A stretch of 64,000 bases of DNA from Octopus vulgaris (taxonomy: Eukaryota). Positions 31,155 through 42,774 of this stretch are shown here, piece by piece. Position numbers and translations under genes: made by a program. The stretch covers positions 43,586,001-43,650,000 of the forward strand of contig OX597829.1 in assembly GCA_951406725.2 (NCBI GenBank), read 5' to 3'. The notes under the pieces are model-generated. The model was not told the origin of the DNA. It worked only from the letters and a program-made list of their open reading frames with translations, and ran no database searches. Every line of letters begins with the position of its first letter. Positions within the stretch are counted from its first letter, which is position 1.

Positions 31155-31195
<41 letters not shown>

Positions 31196-31397
31196 GTATA
31201 TATATATATATTTATATATATATACATGTGTATATATATATACCTGCATGAAGGCAATGGTTAGTGACAGGCGGCGCATCTGGGTTTAAAAAATTCCACC
31301 TCAACAAAGTCCGTCTGACTCATCGAGTAAGCACAGAAAAGTGTATGCATGTACGTGTACATGGTTACGTGCGCGCGCGTATGTTTTTTGTGTGTGT

Positions 31398-31440
<43 letters not shown>

Positions 31441-31678
31441 AGTGTGTGTGTGTGTGTTTATAAACACCGTTTCTGCCAAACAAAGTTTTTTTAGCTGTTT
31501 TGTGTATCGCTTTGTGTGCATCATTTATTGAATTTTAAATATAAATATACGAAGTAGACATACAAATTGTCGTTCAATATCTCACATTTACAACCAGTGC
31601 TGTGGTTCCATCTCCCCTTCCTCTCTCCTTCCCTCCCTCCCTCTCTCACACTTTCAGTTTCTCCATTTCTCACTATTA

Positions 31679-31727
<49 letters not shown>

Positions 31728-32055
31728 TTCTTTCTTTCCCTTTCTCACGTTACCTGTTCCATATTCTATTATTCAACATGTTTAAACAAACGTAAGTACA
31801 TTTACGAACACACACACACACACATTCGTGCACACGTAGACACGCTAACAAGGCATACGCTTGTGGCACACATACACTGAACTACACGTACAGACATATT
31901 CATATAAATCAACTGTACCAGCACACGCACGTTTACACACGTTTACACACGGAAACTTGCAGGTACAGGTGTACATAGACATACACTCACAAAATCACAC
32001 AGGTAAAATAACTCTTAATCTAACACTAGTTTCAAATTCATATATAGGCTTCCCT

Positions 32056-32108
<53 letters not shown>

Positions 32109-32180
32109 CAGCGGTGGTGCCCCAACAGGGCCGCGGCCTTCAGGCTAAAACATTTTAAAGGATTTTAAGGATTTATATAT

Positions 32181-32422
32181 ATAATCAAAATAAGCAGCAA
32201 GGATATCCAAAGGTAGTGTAGTACAATCGTTTCATGCTTCTTCATTTAATTAGACAATGTAAGTATTACATCAGTTTTAAAATGTGGAGCACTCTACATG
32301 TGGCTGAAGAGTGCTCTACATTTTAAAACTAATGTAATACTTACAGTGTTTAATAAAATGAAGTAGCATGAAACGATTGTACTACACTACCTTTGGATAT
32401 CCTTGCTGCTTATTTTGATTAT
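32181..32422. repeat. Long inverted repeat (~115-bp arms, ~12-nt spacer) between (TA)n tracts
   Basis: ATAATCAAAATAAGCAGCAAGGATATCC...GAGCACTCT is the reverse complement of AGAGTGCTC...GGATATCCTTGCTGCTTATTTTGATTAT with few mismatches. Confidence 0.92.
32299..32386 (+). ncRNA. Minimal type-I hammerhead ribozyme motif, canonical core
   Basis: TGTGG-CTGAAGA-GTGCT...AGCAT-GAAAC-GATT-GTA-CTACA: 5-bp stem I, extended stem II, near-palindromic stem III (ACGATTGT), GUA triplet. Confidence 0.72.
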
Positions 32423-32561
32423 AATCACCCCATTTGATTTATATGGATAATACCATATCAAATTCTGGTCCCCTTAACTTAAGTACCATATTCATCTGAA
32501 TCTAAATTTTTACTGAACTTATATATATATGTACACACGTACACACACACACACACACACA

Positions 32562-32607
<46 letters not shown>

Positions 32608-32736
32608 TAAAAGGAATTCCAACCTTGTCTGATTTTCACGTTTTATTTACAATCTTATAGTGATATAATATAATATAATAAAATAAAATAAAATAAAATA
32701 AAATAAAATAATAGAATGTTAAATGTTCATTCTGAT

Positions 32737-32781
32737 TGAACTAGTACTTTCATGCATTAAATTATGCAATCTTCAGGTTCA
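32737..32781 (-). ncRNA. Minimal type-I hammerhead ribozyme motif
   Basis: Minus strand reads TGAAC-CTGAAGA-T-TGCAT-AATTTA-ATGCA-T-GAAA-GTAC-TA-GTTCA: perfect 5-bp stems I and II, palindromic stem III AGTACT. Confidence 0.72.
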
Positions 32782-32789
32782 TGTAGTAG

Positions 32790-32850
32790 TGGTGACAGTC
32801 ATGCTTCACAATTTTTGACTGTCAAAAATTGTGAAGCATGACTGTTACCA
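32790..32850. repeat. Near-perfect palindrome, 30-bp arms, 1-nt spacer
   Basis: TGGTGACAGTCATGCTTCACAATTTTTGAC-T-GTCAAAAATTGTGAAGCATGACTGTTACCA. Confidence 0.92.
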
Positions 32851-32992
32851 GGTAGTTAGGTAGGTAACCGGAACCTTACAACCAGATAGATATAGATAAA
32901 TATAGATAGAGAGATAAATAAGATAAAAAAGAAAGACATATAGACAGATAGGTAGATAGATAGATGGATAGGCAGATAGACTGATAGATCGT

Positions 32993-33063
<71 letters not shown>

Positions 33064-33100
33064 GAAGATCGATAGATAGATAGGAAGATAGATAGATAGG

Positions 33101-33155
<55 letters not shown>

Positions 33156-33156
33156 G

Positions 33157-33211
<55 letters not shown>

Positions 33212-34248
33212 ATAGATAGGGAGGCAAGATAGTTAGATAGGGAGCTAGATAAACGGACAGACAGACAGACCGATAGATAAATAAAGAATGTGAGGTGAAA
33301 GACAAGATGGGAGAGAGAGAATGATGGTAGAAGAGAGGAGGAAAGACAAAGAGTGAAGGTGGAAAAGCAGGGAGAAAGATGAAGAGAGATGAAGAGAGAG
33401 CGAGAGCGAGAGAGAAAAAAAGGGGGGGGAAAGATTGATGTGGAAGAGCGAGGATTGTCTGAGAGCGAGAGAAAGAAACGACAAAGGACGGACGACGGTG
33501 ATGAGAATTGGTTGGGAGAGAGAGTAGTAAAAAGGAATCCTGGTAAATTGCGGGACTTAATTTCTCAATTACTCTTCAGACAGTATTTGTGAAAGTTATC
33601 TGTTGATCTATAACGAGCAGACAGACAAGCTGTCTTCAGTTGGCATCGAATTACCATTTATTGCAACTCGACAAAAGTCACTTAGAAAGGTCAATCATCC
33701 ACCTGGTATTGTTTCTCCCCCGTCTCCATATTACTACGTGTATGTGTATGTCTGTCTGTCTGTCTCTGTCTCTCATTCACTTAATTTTTTTTTCTATTTG
33801 CCCCTCATTCATTCATTCATTCTTTTTTTTTCTTTTTTCCCCCATTCACAATTTCTCACTTTTCCTTATCTTCTTCTTCCTACAGTATATTTTCATTTTA
33901 AGTCATGTTACGATTATGTATGTTGGTGCGTCTGTACTTATAATATACTTCATATTCGTATGTGTTATACGCCAGAATACAACATACATGCAGATACATA
34001 TGTATATATATATATATATTTAAAATTAAGGATAAAATCTTTATAAGAAATTATCAGTAGTTAGCGTGAAAAACCTCGTAAGAGAAATATATATATATAT
34101 ATAATCACAATAAGGGTAAAAAAATTGAATATTAATTAATAACATCAAATTAAAACTCCAAGTGGCCTAGCGTATAAAGACTGTGATGCAGTAAAAATTA
34201 TTAATACAAGTAATGAGAGAGGGTCCACACTCTCTCTCATTACTTATA

Positions 34249-34311
<63 letters not shown>

Positions 34312-34769
34312 ATATATATATATGTATGTATATATATATATATGTATGTATATATATATATATGTATGTATATATATATATGTATGTATATATATATGTA
34401 TGTATATATATATATATGTATGTATATATATATATATGTATATGTATGTATATATATATATGTATGTATATATATATATGTATGTATGTATATATATATG
34501 TGTGTGTGTGTATGTGTATATATATCTGCATATATGAACATGTATCTATATGTATATTTTTGTGTAATATATATATATATATATACACACACATACACAC
34601 CTGTATATGTATGTATATATATGTGTGTGTGTGTGTGTGTGTATGGTGTATGTATATGGCTACACGTTTTAAATGGACCAGACCCCAAAAATAAATACAA
34701 GAAAATTTTATATATGCACATATCGGATTTATTTTTAATTTAGTGAACTCTGAGAATATCAAAATTAAC

Positions 34770-34813
<44 letters not shown>

Positions 34814-35574
34814 GGTCCATATATGGTTTATCAGTAGTATCGTCTATCTGTTTGACGACTTAACGTCGAACACTCCCTGCATTTATCGAGAGTCAGTCAA
34901 ATAAAATACAGCTACGGGTTCAATCAATCGCACCTCAGCCGCTGAGAAAAACATGTGTTTGTGATAACATGTGGACTGCTTGAATTACAATAGGTGATTG
35001 TATCTTTCTCAACAGTTATTTCTTCCTGTTAGTTTCTAATTCTGACAGTAACTGATCTATCTAGGATAACCCTCTATGTAACCGTTCAAACTGTTAAAAA
35101 AAAAACAAACAGATAGTAAACCTCTCGTGAATTACAAATTAGCGATTATGGATTTAAAGTTTTAATTATCGTAAGTTTCCTTTAGCTGTACCTGAGCTGC
35201 GGAATATGCAAAAGGCAACAGCACCATAAGTAGCAGTTGCAGGGGGCAACAATTATTGCTGAGCTTGAACTGCTGTAGAAGAATTATTAAATATCTACTG
35301 TTAGGTTTTCTGTCAAGGTTTTAAGGTTAAGGATAAATTGCAGCGAGTAGATTTTACGAGAAAAGATTATTCGGCTTCAAACTATAGCTAAACAAAACAC
35401 TATGCACACGTTTGTATGCGGAGACAGCTGTCAGTACGAAAATATCTAAATATACGCCATTATGCGGCCATTTTATTTTAAACGATCGTTTCTCCAAATA
35501 CAGACAATTTTGTTAAGCGAATGTTTCTTTCTTAAACTATAATTTGTTGCTTTAAGTTTGTTATTTGAGACATG

Positions 35575-35628
<54 letters not shown>

Positions 35629-35714
35629 TTCTTCCCTTCTTTCCTGAGCGTCCAATAATACTTTGTTTGTTCCACATCCTCGCGTTGTTGTCTTTTTGTT
35701 TTCTTGTTTGGATT

Positions 35715-35981
<267 letters not shown>

Positions 35982-36332
35982 TCATACGCACATACAAACA
36001 CACATACACGTATTATATATGTATAAGCGTATGCGTAACTGTGTTGTAAGAAACTTGCTTCCCATTCACAGGGTTCCGGGTTCCTTCCACTGAGTACTAC
36101 ACTGGCAAGTATCTTCTACTTTAGTCTCAGCCCTATCCAAACCGTGTGATTCGAACTTGTAAGGGGAAACTGAAAGAAGCCCGTTGTGTGTGTCTATGTG
36201 TGTCAGTTGTTGACCAACTACCACCGATTGACATCCAATATTGATGTCTTTACTTCCCAGTTACTTAGAGGTTCGGCAAAGGGTCAGCCAAAAAATCTGT
36301 CATCGTCATCATCATCATCGTCATCGTCATCG

Positions 36333-36373
<41 letters not shown>

Positions 36374-36704
36374 TATTTATTTTAGATCCGGGTTTTGTTC
36401 CCCTTAACAGGGGTGGCTGGACCTACCTCAATGCCATAGCAACCGTGGTAGGCAGGTTCTGGCTGGCTGGTGCCCATTTGGGCTGGCTGGTGCCCTTTCT
36501 CCTTTCCTATCACGAGGCACTTTCAGAGCTGGATTTTCTACGTGGAGCATGCTCTTGCTTACCTCCAACCTCATTTTCTAGGCTTGAGTGGTCTCAAGAC
36601 CAAAGCCACTACCACAATATTTTTTAAAATGTGGTGAAAACCAGCTCAGGAAGGCAAGGGCGTAACTTCCTGAGATCCCTGTCAGAGACCCCCTACCTAA
36701 TAAA

Positions 36705-37110
36705 TATATATCATATAAAGACAATGGAATGTTTGAACTCAGCAAAATCAATTTATATGTATAATAGTCAATTTTATAAGGCCTACGCGTGTTTCAGTAT
36801 CTATCTTCATGCATATTTTACAATTAATATTTTACAATTAAAAGCTGCATTATGAATTTGGAAGGTAAAAATCTTTTCAGGGCAAAAATTGACATTGATT
36901 TTCATTTACATCTTAATAGATGTAGTGTACACTACAGACATGTAAATGTAAATGGAAATGAATATGCCCTGAAGACATTTTACCTTCTAAATTCATAATG
37001 CAATTTTTTTATTATAAAATATGAATGAAGGTAGATATTGGAAGTGACTATTAGGTAAATAAATTGATTTTGCTGTTTTCAACCTTTCTACCTTCTTTAT
37101 ATTATATTAC
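36705..37110. repeat. Diverged ~400-bp inverted repeat centred on TGTAGTGTACACTACA
   Basis: Paired blocks CAGCAAAATCAATTTAT/ATAAATTGATTTTGCTG and TGCATTATGAATTTGGAAGGTAAAA/TTTTACCTTCTAAATTCATAATGCA. The outer limits are approximate. Confidence 0.8.
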
Positions 37111-37275
37111 TAAAATTCTATTCTCATATATCGAATAGATGGAAATATCTATAAATTAATCGATGCAAAGATAAACCGGGAGCAATTTCTTTCTATACAA
37201 AACTTCATAAACACTCCATGTTGGATCGTTAGCCCCTACACGCAAATTTTTCTCTCCTTGTTTCTTTTCTGTGTA

Positions 37276-37313
37276 TCTTTCTGTCGAAGAGCGTAGGCTC
37301 GAAACGTAAAAGA
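37276..37313 (+). ncRNA. Minimal hammerhead-like motif (CTGTCGA core variant)
   Basis: TCTTT-CTGTCGA-A-GAGC-GTAG-GCTC-GAAAC-GTA-AAAGA; related to the copy at 61107. Confidence 0.55.
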
Positions 37314-37379
37314 CTTGTTTTATTTCTATTCCTGAGCACCATACTAATACATTATTTGTTTATTTTCGTAAACCTTCCC

Positions 37380-37425
<46 letters not shown>

Positions 37426-37448
37426 CATATGATTTATGTATATATATC

Positions 37449-37502
<54 letters not shown>

Positions 37503-37685
37503 ACTGGAATGGGAGAAAGCGCTAATAATCTGAATGATATGATCTGAATGATATGATATATATATGTAAAAAATATAATATATAAATAAATATCTATAAA
37601 CATGAACCATCCGATCTTCTGATTACCTCATTTCTTCTATTTATATATATATATATATATAACATATATATATTATATATATATT

Positions 37686-37727
<42 letters not shown>

Positions 37728-38090
37728 CACACACACACACATATATACATAAATACGTACGTACATACATATATAGGTTATGTGACTGTTTTGAGCAATA
37801 TGTGCGTGTGACTAAATGTATGCGCGCATGTGAGCATATATGTGGATCTAAGCACGTGTGTGCATATGTGTATCTGTGTGTGTGTCTATATCTCTATGTC
37901 TGTTTTATTTCACGTAGCTTTTGTGGCAATATTATGAATAGGAATGGCTGAAATACGTATCAAACTTTAAAATAAGTAACGCTGTCGATTAACTTAAGCC
38001 TTCCAAGACTGCACAAATATGTCGGCAATCAAATAGTTGAAACAAGTTTTGAAACAGATAGTGCATGTATGAAATAATACAGTAGCAGCA

Positions 38091-38128
<38 letters not shown>

Positions 38129-38412
38129 AGACACACACACACACACACACACAGACACACACACACACAGACACACACACACGCACACACACACACACAC
38201 ACACATACAGACACAATGAATTATCACTTCAGAACTGGCATTCCAAACTTTTGCCCTCCTACATTGATATCTCTTCAAAAAAAAAAAAAAAAAAAAAAAA
38301 AATAAAACAAAACAAAACAAAAAGTTTATTAATATTTAATATGTCCTCCGTTAATTTTCATCCGGAGGGGATGTGATTTCCCGGCAGGAATATTTGAAAG
38401 TTAATGATGACA

Positions 38413-38447
<35 letters not shown>

Positions 38448-38615
38448 CAATAATTATAATAATAAATATTAATAATGAAATATGATAATGAAATGGAATG
38501 AAAAAAAAAATCGGGAAGCAAGACGTGTTCTTTCTAATGAATGAATGTTTGTTATGTGCAGCTACAAAAATATTAGTACATGCAACATTCTTTATTGCAG
38601 TATTTTTGCTTCCAG

Positions 38616-38762
38616 ACAATCTTGAACTCGATGCATAAATACCAGCCGCGTTTCCATCTTGTTAGAGCCAACGATATTTTGAAGTTACCATACAGTGCAT
38701 TCCGGACATATGTCTTTAAGGAGACTGAATTTATTGCTGTGACCGCCTATCAAAACGAGAAG
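38616..38762 (+). CDS. TBX2: Tbx2/3 (omb-like) T-box transcription factor, internal T-box exon (49 aa, phase 0/0)
   Basis: Encodes [49 protein letters not shown], the diagnostic Tbx2/Tbx3/omb T-box segment. Acceptor ttccag and donor AG|gtaagt. Invertebrate Tbx2/3 pro-orthologue, so the symbol is approximate. Confidence 0.96.
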
Positions 38763-39036
38763 GTAAGTTTCAGTAGTAATACGATTCTTTGCTTATGTTT
38801 TTGCTTCCGATTCTTTTCGCTGTTTCTCTCATTTTCTAAATTTTTAGATGGATGCGTGCGTCTAGGTGTAAGCATATAGTGTGTATATGTATGTACGCAC
38901 ATACACGTGTGTGTATGTATGTATGTATGCATGTGGAATATTGTACCTGTGGAGGATATAGTTATGTATGTATGAATGTATGTAAATATGCATGCATGCA
39001 TACATGTATGTATATGTCTATCTATCTATCTGTCTG

Positions 39037-39067
<31 letters not shown>

Positions 39068-39075
39068 CTCTTTCT

Positions 39076-39143
<68 letters not shown>

Positions 39144-39317
39144 TAGGCCCTCTTTGCAATTCACAGCCTTCGGGTTTCTTTGCAAATATATACATACATA
39201 TATATATATATATATATATTGATAGAAATGGTAAGACAACAAATGAGAGACCTCGATATTATGTAAATAGAGGAATTTATCTGTAAATGTAATATGTGAC
39301 AATTATTCGGTAGCCAT

Positions 39318-39378
39318 GATAGAACCCCGAGTTTCGGATGTCAGGGTGGAAACACACGCCGCCATCTCTTCGGCTATC
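39318..39378 (-). ncRNA. Hammerhead-like motif (U4C variant) in the left arm of an inverted repeat
   Basis: Minus strand reads GATAG-CCGAAGA-GATG...CATC-C-GAAAC-TCGGG-GTT-CTATC. Confidence 0.55.
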
Positions 39379-39387
39379 TGCCGGACT

Positions 39388-39435
39388 GATAACTGAAGAG
39401 ATGGCGGCGGATTCCACCTCTGAAAGAGTTTTATC
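39388..39435 (+). ncRNA. Degenerate hammerhead-like motif in the right arm of the same inverted repeat
   Basis: GATAA-CTGAAGA-GATGG...CCTCT-GAAA-GAGTT-TTATC; stem III is partly deleted relative to the mirror copy. Confidence 0.45.
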
Positions 39436-39470
39436 ATGGCTACCGAATAATTGTCACATATTACATTTAC

Positions 39471-39523
<53 letters not shown>

Positions 39524-39623
39524 TAATATAATAACAAAAGGTGAAATCAATTAATTACGAAGTAATCATTAATTTCACCTACGAATTCAGCATGTAAAGG
39601 ACTAATTCATGGTAAGTTAAGTA

Positions 39624-39716
39624 ATACTAAATAATTAGGGATCAGCAAATTTGACTGCTATTTCTAAACTTCAGTATGTGGTGACGCAAACAGTTTGCTG
39701 ATCCCTAATTATTTAG

Positions 39717-39719
<3 letters not shown>
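39624..39719. repeat. Inverted repeat, 26-bp arms
   Basis: ATACTAAATAATTAGGGATCAGCAAA / TTTGCTGATCCCTAATTATTTAGTAT. Confidence 0.88.
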
Positions 39720-39749
<30 letters not shown>

Positions 39750-39755
39750 TTATGT

Positions 39756-39800
39756 CGTACGCTGATGACAGGTCAATACCTCGAGACTGCAGTCCGTGCG
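39756..39800 (+). ncRNA. Minimal hammerhead motif with a core substitution (GAGAC for GAAAC)
   Basis: CGTACG-CTGATGA-CAGG-TCAATA-CCTC-GAGAC-TGCA-GTC-CGTGCG: 6-bp stem I, palindromic stem III ACTGCAGT. Probably inactivated. Confidence 0.65.
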
Positions 39801-40338
39801 TATCACTTAGGTTGACGAGAGAAGGATGACCTCCCTTTGCAAATGCCTTAAGAGCACAGAAAGTGTGCCTAATGCCAGCTGGAGGAGATGTTCTCCTGGG
39901 GCTACAAGCTACAGTAACACCCACCCTTAGTGGTTAGCCATATTGAGATGGCAAATATACATCACATCCCCCCCATATATATATATATATGTGTGTGTGT
40001 GTTTTATGTATACAGATGGGAGGATCCTGCAATTAGGTGGCAGCCGATTTTCTCGTATTTTCTCGGTATAAAAAACATTACCATATTTTTGTTGTAGTAT
40101 GTCTGTCATACAGCCACAGCCATAGTTAGCAATCTTTTCGTAAGCAGTGTGATAAAACACAGAAGTCAGTAACATAATTATTAAAGTACATAAATAAGAA
40201 GTATCAACCAAACTACTGGTTAACGTGTTGTATGTGCTAGCAAATATATATATCAGTGTGTGTGTACACTCACTGAGACACACACAGATATATATATATG
40301 TCTAAGACGTGTACAGTGAACATTTCGTGGGAGTGGAA

Positions 40339-40570
40339 AGGCGGCGAGCTGGCAGAAACGTTAGCACACCGAGCGAAATGCTTAGCGGTATTGCGTCTGT
40401 CGTTGCGTTCTGAGTTCAAATTCCGCCGAGGTCGACTTTGCCTTTCATCCTTTCGGGGTCGATAAATTAGGTACCAGTTACGCACTGGGGTCGATGTAAT
40501 CGACTTAATCCGTTTGTCTGTCCTTGTTTATCCCTTCTACGTTTAGCCCCTTGTGGGCAATAAAGAAACA
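40339..40570 (+). mobile_element. SINE family B
   Basis: GGCGGCGAGCTGGCAGAAACGTTAGC head, GAGTTCAAATTCC B box, GCCTTTCATCCTTTCGGGGTCGATAAA core. Related pieces at 2248, 13440, 15730, 24596, 54540 and 54945. Confidence 0.88.
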
Positions 40571-40822
40571 GATATATATGTCTATATGATCAAACAGACT
40601 CCAAAAAGGCTGGTGTTGATCTACGTCGGCAAGATTTATCTTCTGTAGTAAATCGATAAAAGGTGAAACTTCCTATGAGGAGTGGAAATTCCAACGTTTC
40701 ACATATTTCTCTGCAACTGAAGAGTTGAAAATTGAGAAATAAATGAGAGGCAGTAGATTATGAAAAACTTGTTGTGTTGCTTTTCGTATTTGCTGCAGCA
40801 TATGTTTTTCAAACCTAGATAT

Positions 40823-41230
40823 AGGCGCAGGAGTGGCTGTGTGGTAAGTAGCTTTCTAACCAACCACATGGTTCCGGGTTCAGTCCCACTGCGCGGCACC
40901 CTGGGCAAGTGTCTTCTACTATAGCCTCGGGCCGACCAATAACTTGTGAGTGGATTTGGTAGACGGAAACTGAAAGAAGCCTGTCGCATATATGTATATG
41001 TATGTGTGTGTTTGTGTGTCTGTGTTTGTCCCCGTAGCATTGCTTGACAACTGATGCTGGTGTGTTTATGTCCCCGTTACTTAGCGGTTCGGCAAAAAGA
41101 GACCGATAGAATAAGTACTGGGTTTACAAAGAATAAGTCCCGGGGTCGATTTGTTCGACTAAAGGTGTTGCTCCAGCATGGCCGCAGTCAAATGACTGAA
41201 ACAAGTAAAAGAGTAAAGAGAGTAAAGAGT
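40823..41230 (+). mobile_element. SINE family A, full length
   Basis: GGCGCAGGAGTGGCTGTGTGG head through the GTAAAAGAG tail. Confidence 0.9.
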
Positions 41231-41501
41231 ATAGAATTATTTTCAAAAACTTAAATATTACTGTCTCGCTTCCAAAGCTTCCCTTTCAAGTTTTCGTTGT
41301 TTAAGGATACTGTCCGAAACGTTGGACTTTCCACTCCCACGAAATGTTCACTGTACACGTCTTAATCGATTTCATTATTACTGTGTGTGCGAGTGTACAA
41401 ATATATATATATGTGTGTGTGTGTGTACATATATATATATACATACATACATACATATACATTTATATATATATATGTATGTATGTATATATGTGTGTGT
41501 G

Positions 41502-41533
<32 letters not shown>

Positions 41534-42317
41534 CGTATATATATATATATATATATATGAAAATACAAACTGGGACAAGAACGCAAAACATCCGGACAGT
41601 TAGATGATACAAAAATGGTACACCACCATATCCAGGTAGACGATACAAAGAAAACAAAGATGGGTCATTCGAAGTTTTCCTGTCCTCAGTCAAGTACCAG
41701 ATTATCTTCGCAGTTTCGGCTGATCATATATATATATATATATAGTTCCGTGTTTAGCCTCACGGCGTGGCACCTTCGGCAAGTGTCTTCTACTGCAATC
41801 TCGGACTGATCAAAGCCTTGTGAGTAGATTTGGCAGACGGAAATTGAAGAAGTCCGTCGTACATACGTCTGTGTATGTGTGTAATTATATAGATATACTG
41901 GAGATTGTCAGAATAATGTACACACTGCTGATAATAAGTTTCGAAAATCGAGTAAGGTTGTTCATAATACTTTCAGTCTGCGGAGAAATGGCTAAAATTT
42001 GCCCTGTATCAAGTTATACCATATGTTAGATATATATATATTATATAACACTTTCATATTCTGTCGACTAAGATCCCCGTTGACAGGCTGCTGATATTTA
42101 TAGAATGTTAAGCACTTACGTTATGCAAATTAGGGATTCTTTTATACCGTGACTGCTGCATTTGTTGAGTATATTAATAGCTTAGCAGCTTGCTTCCCAG
42201 GAGACATCCAGAATGCTGTAGTCAGAATAAGGACCGAAAATTTTTCATCATATTTTTTTTCAGTCTGCGGAGGAATGGCTAAAATTTGCCTTGCTTACAA
42301 ATATACTATATGTGTTA

Positions 42318-42385
<68 letters not shown>

Positions 42386-42436
42386 AATGATTATATAGAT
42401 ACATACATGTGTGAGAGTGTATTTATATATTACAAA

Positions 42437-42486
<50 letters not shown>

Positions 42487-42663
42487 TATATATACAAAAT
42501 TAGAAAATGGAGAAACATACTTAAATCAATCAATCATCAACCATCAGATAATACCCAATCAATACTTTATTACACCATTACATAACAGCAAAGACATTAT
42601 ACATAATATATTGTAAATATAACTAGACATAGAAAAAGAAATATAAAATACAATTACATCATA

Positions 42664-42774
42664 TCTGACAGCTGTTTCGGCCGTGAGGACAAGTATGTCT
42701 CATTTAACCTATTAGCCACATAAAGCAGGTATAAAGGAGACATTAACAAGGATGTCTCACGGCCTCTTCAGAGA
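42664..42774 (-). ncRNA. Type-I hammerhead ribozyme motif with long stem II
   Basis: Minus strand reads TCT-CTGAAGA-GGCCGTGAG...CTCACGGCC-GAAAC-AGCT-GTC-AGA: 9-bp stem II base, palindromic stem III ACAGCTGT, GUC triplet. Confidence 0.78.

Larger units (their letters stand above)
39278..39475. repeat. Inverted repeat (~200 bp) between (TA)n tracts
   Basis: TATCTGTAAATGTAATATGTGACAATTATTCGGTAGCCATGATA pairs with its exact reverse complement at about 39432-39475; inner pair CGCCGCCATCTCTTC/GAAGAGATGGCGGCG. Confidence 0.92.
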
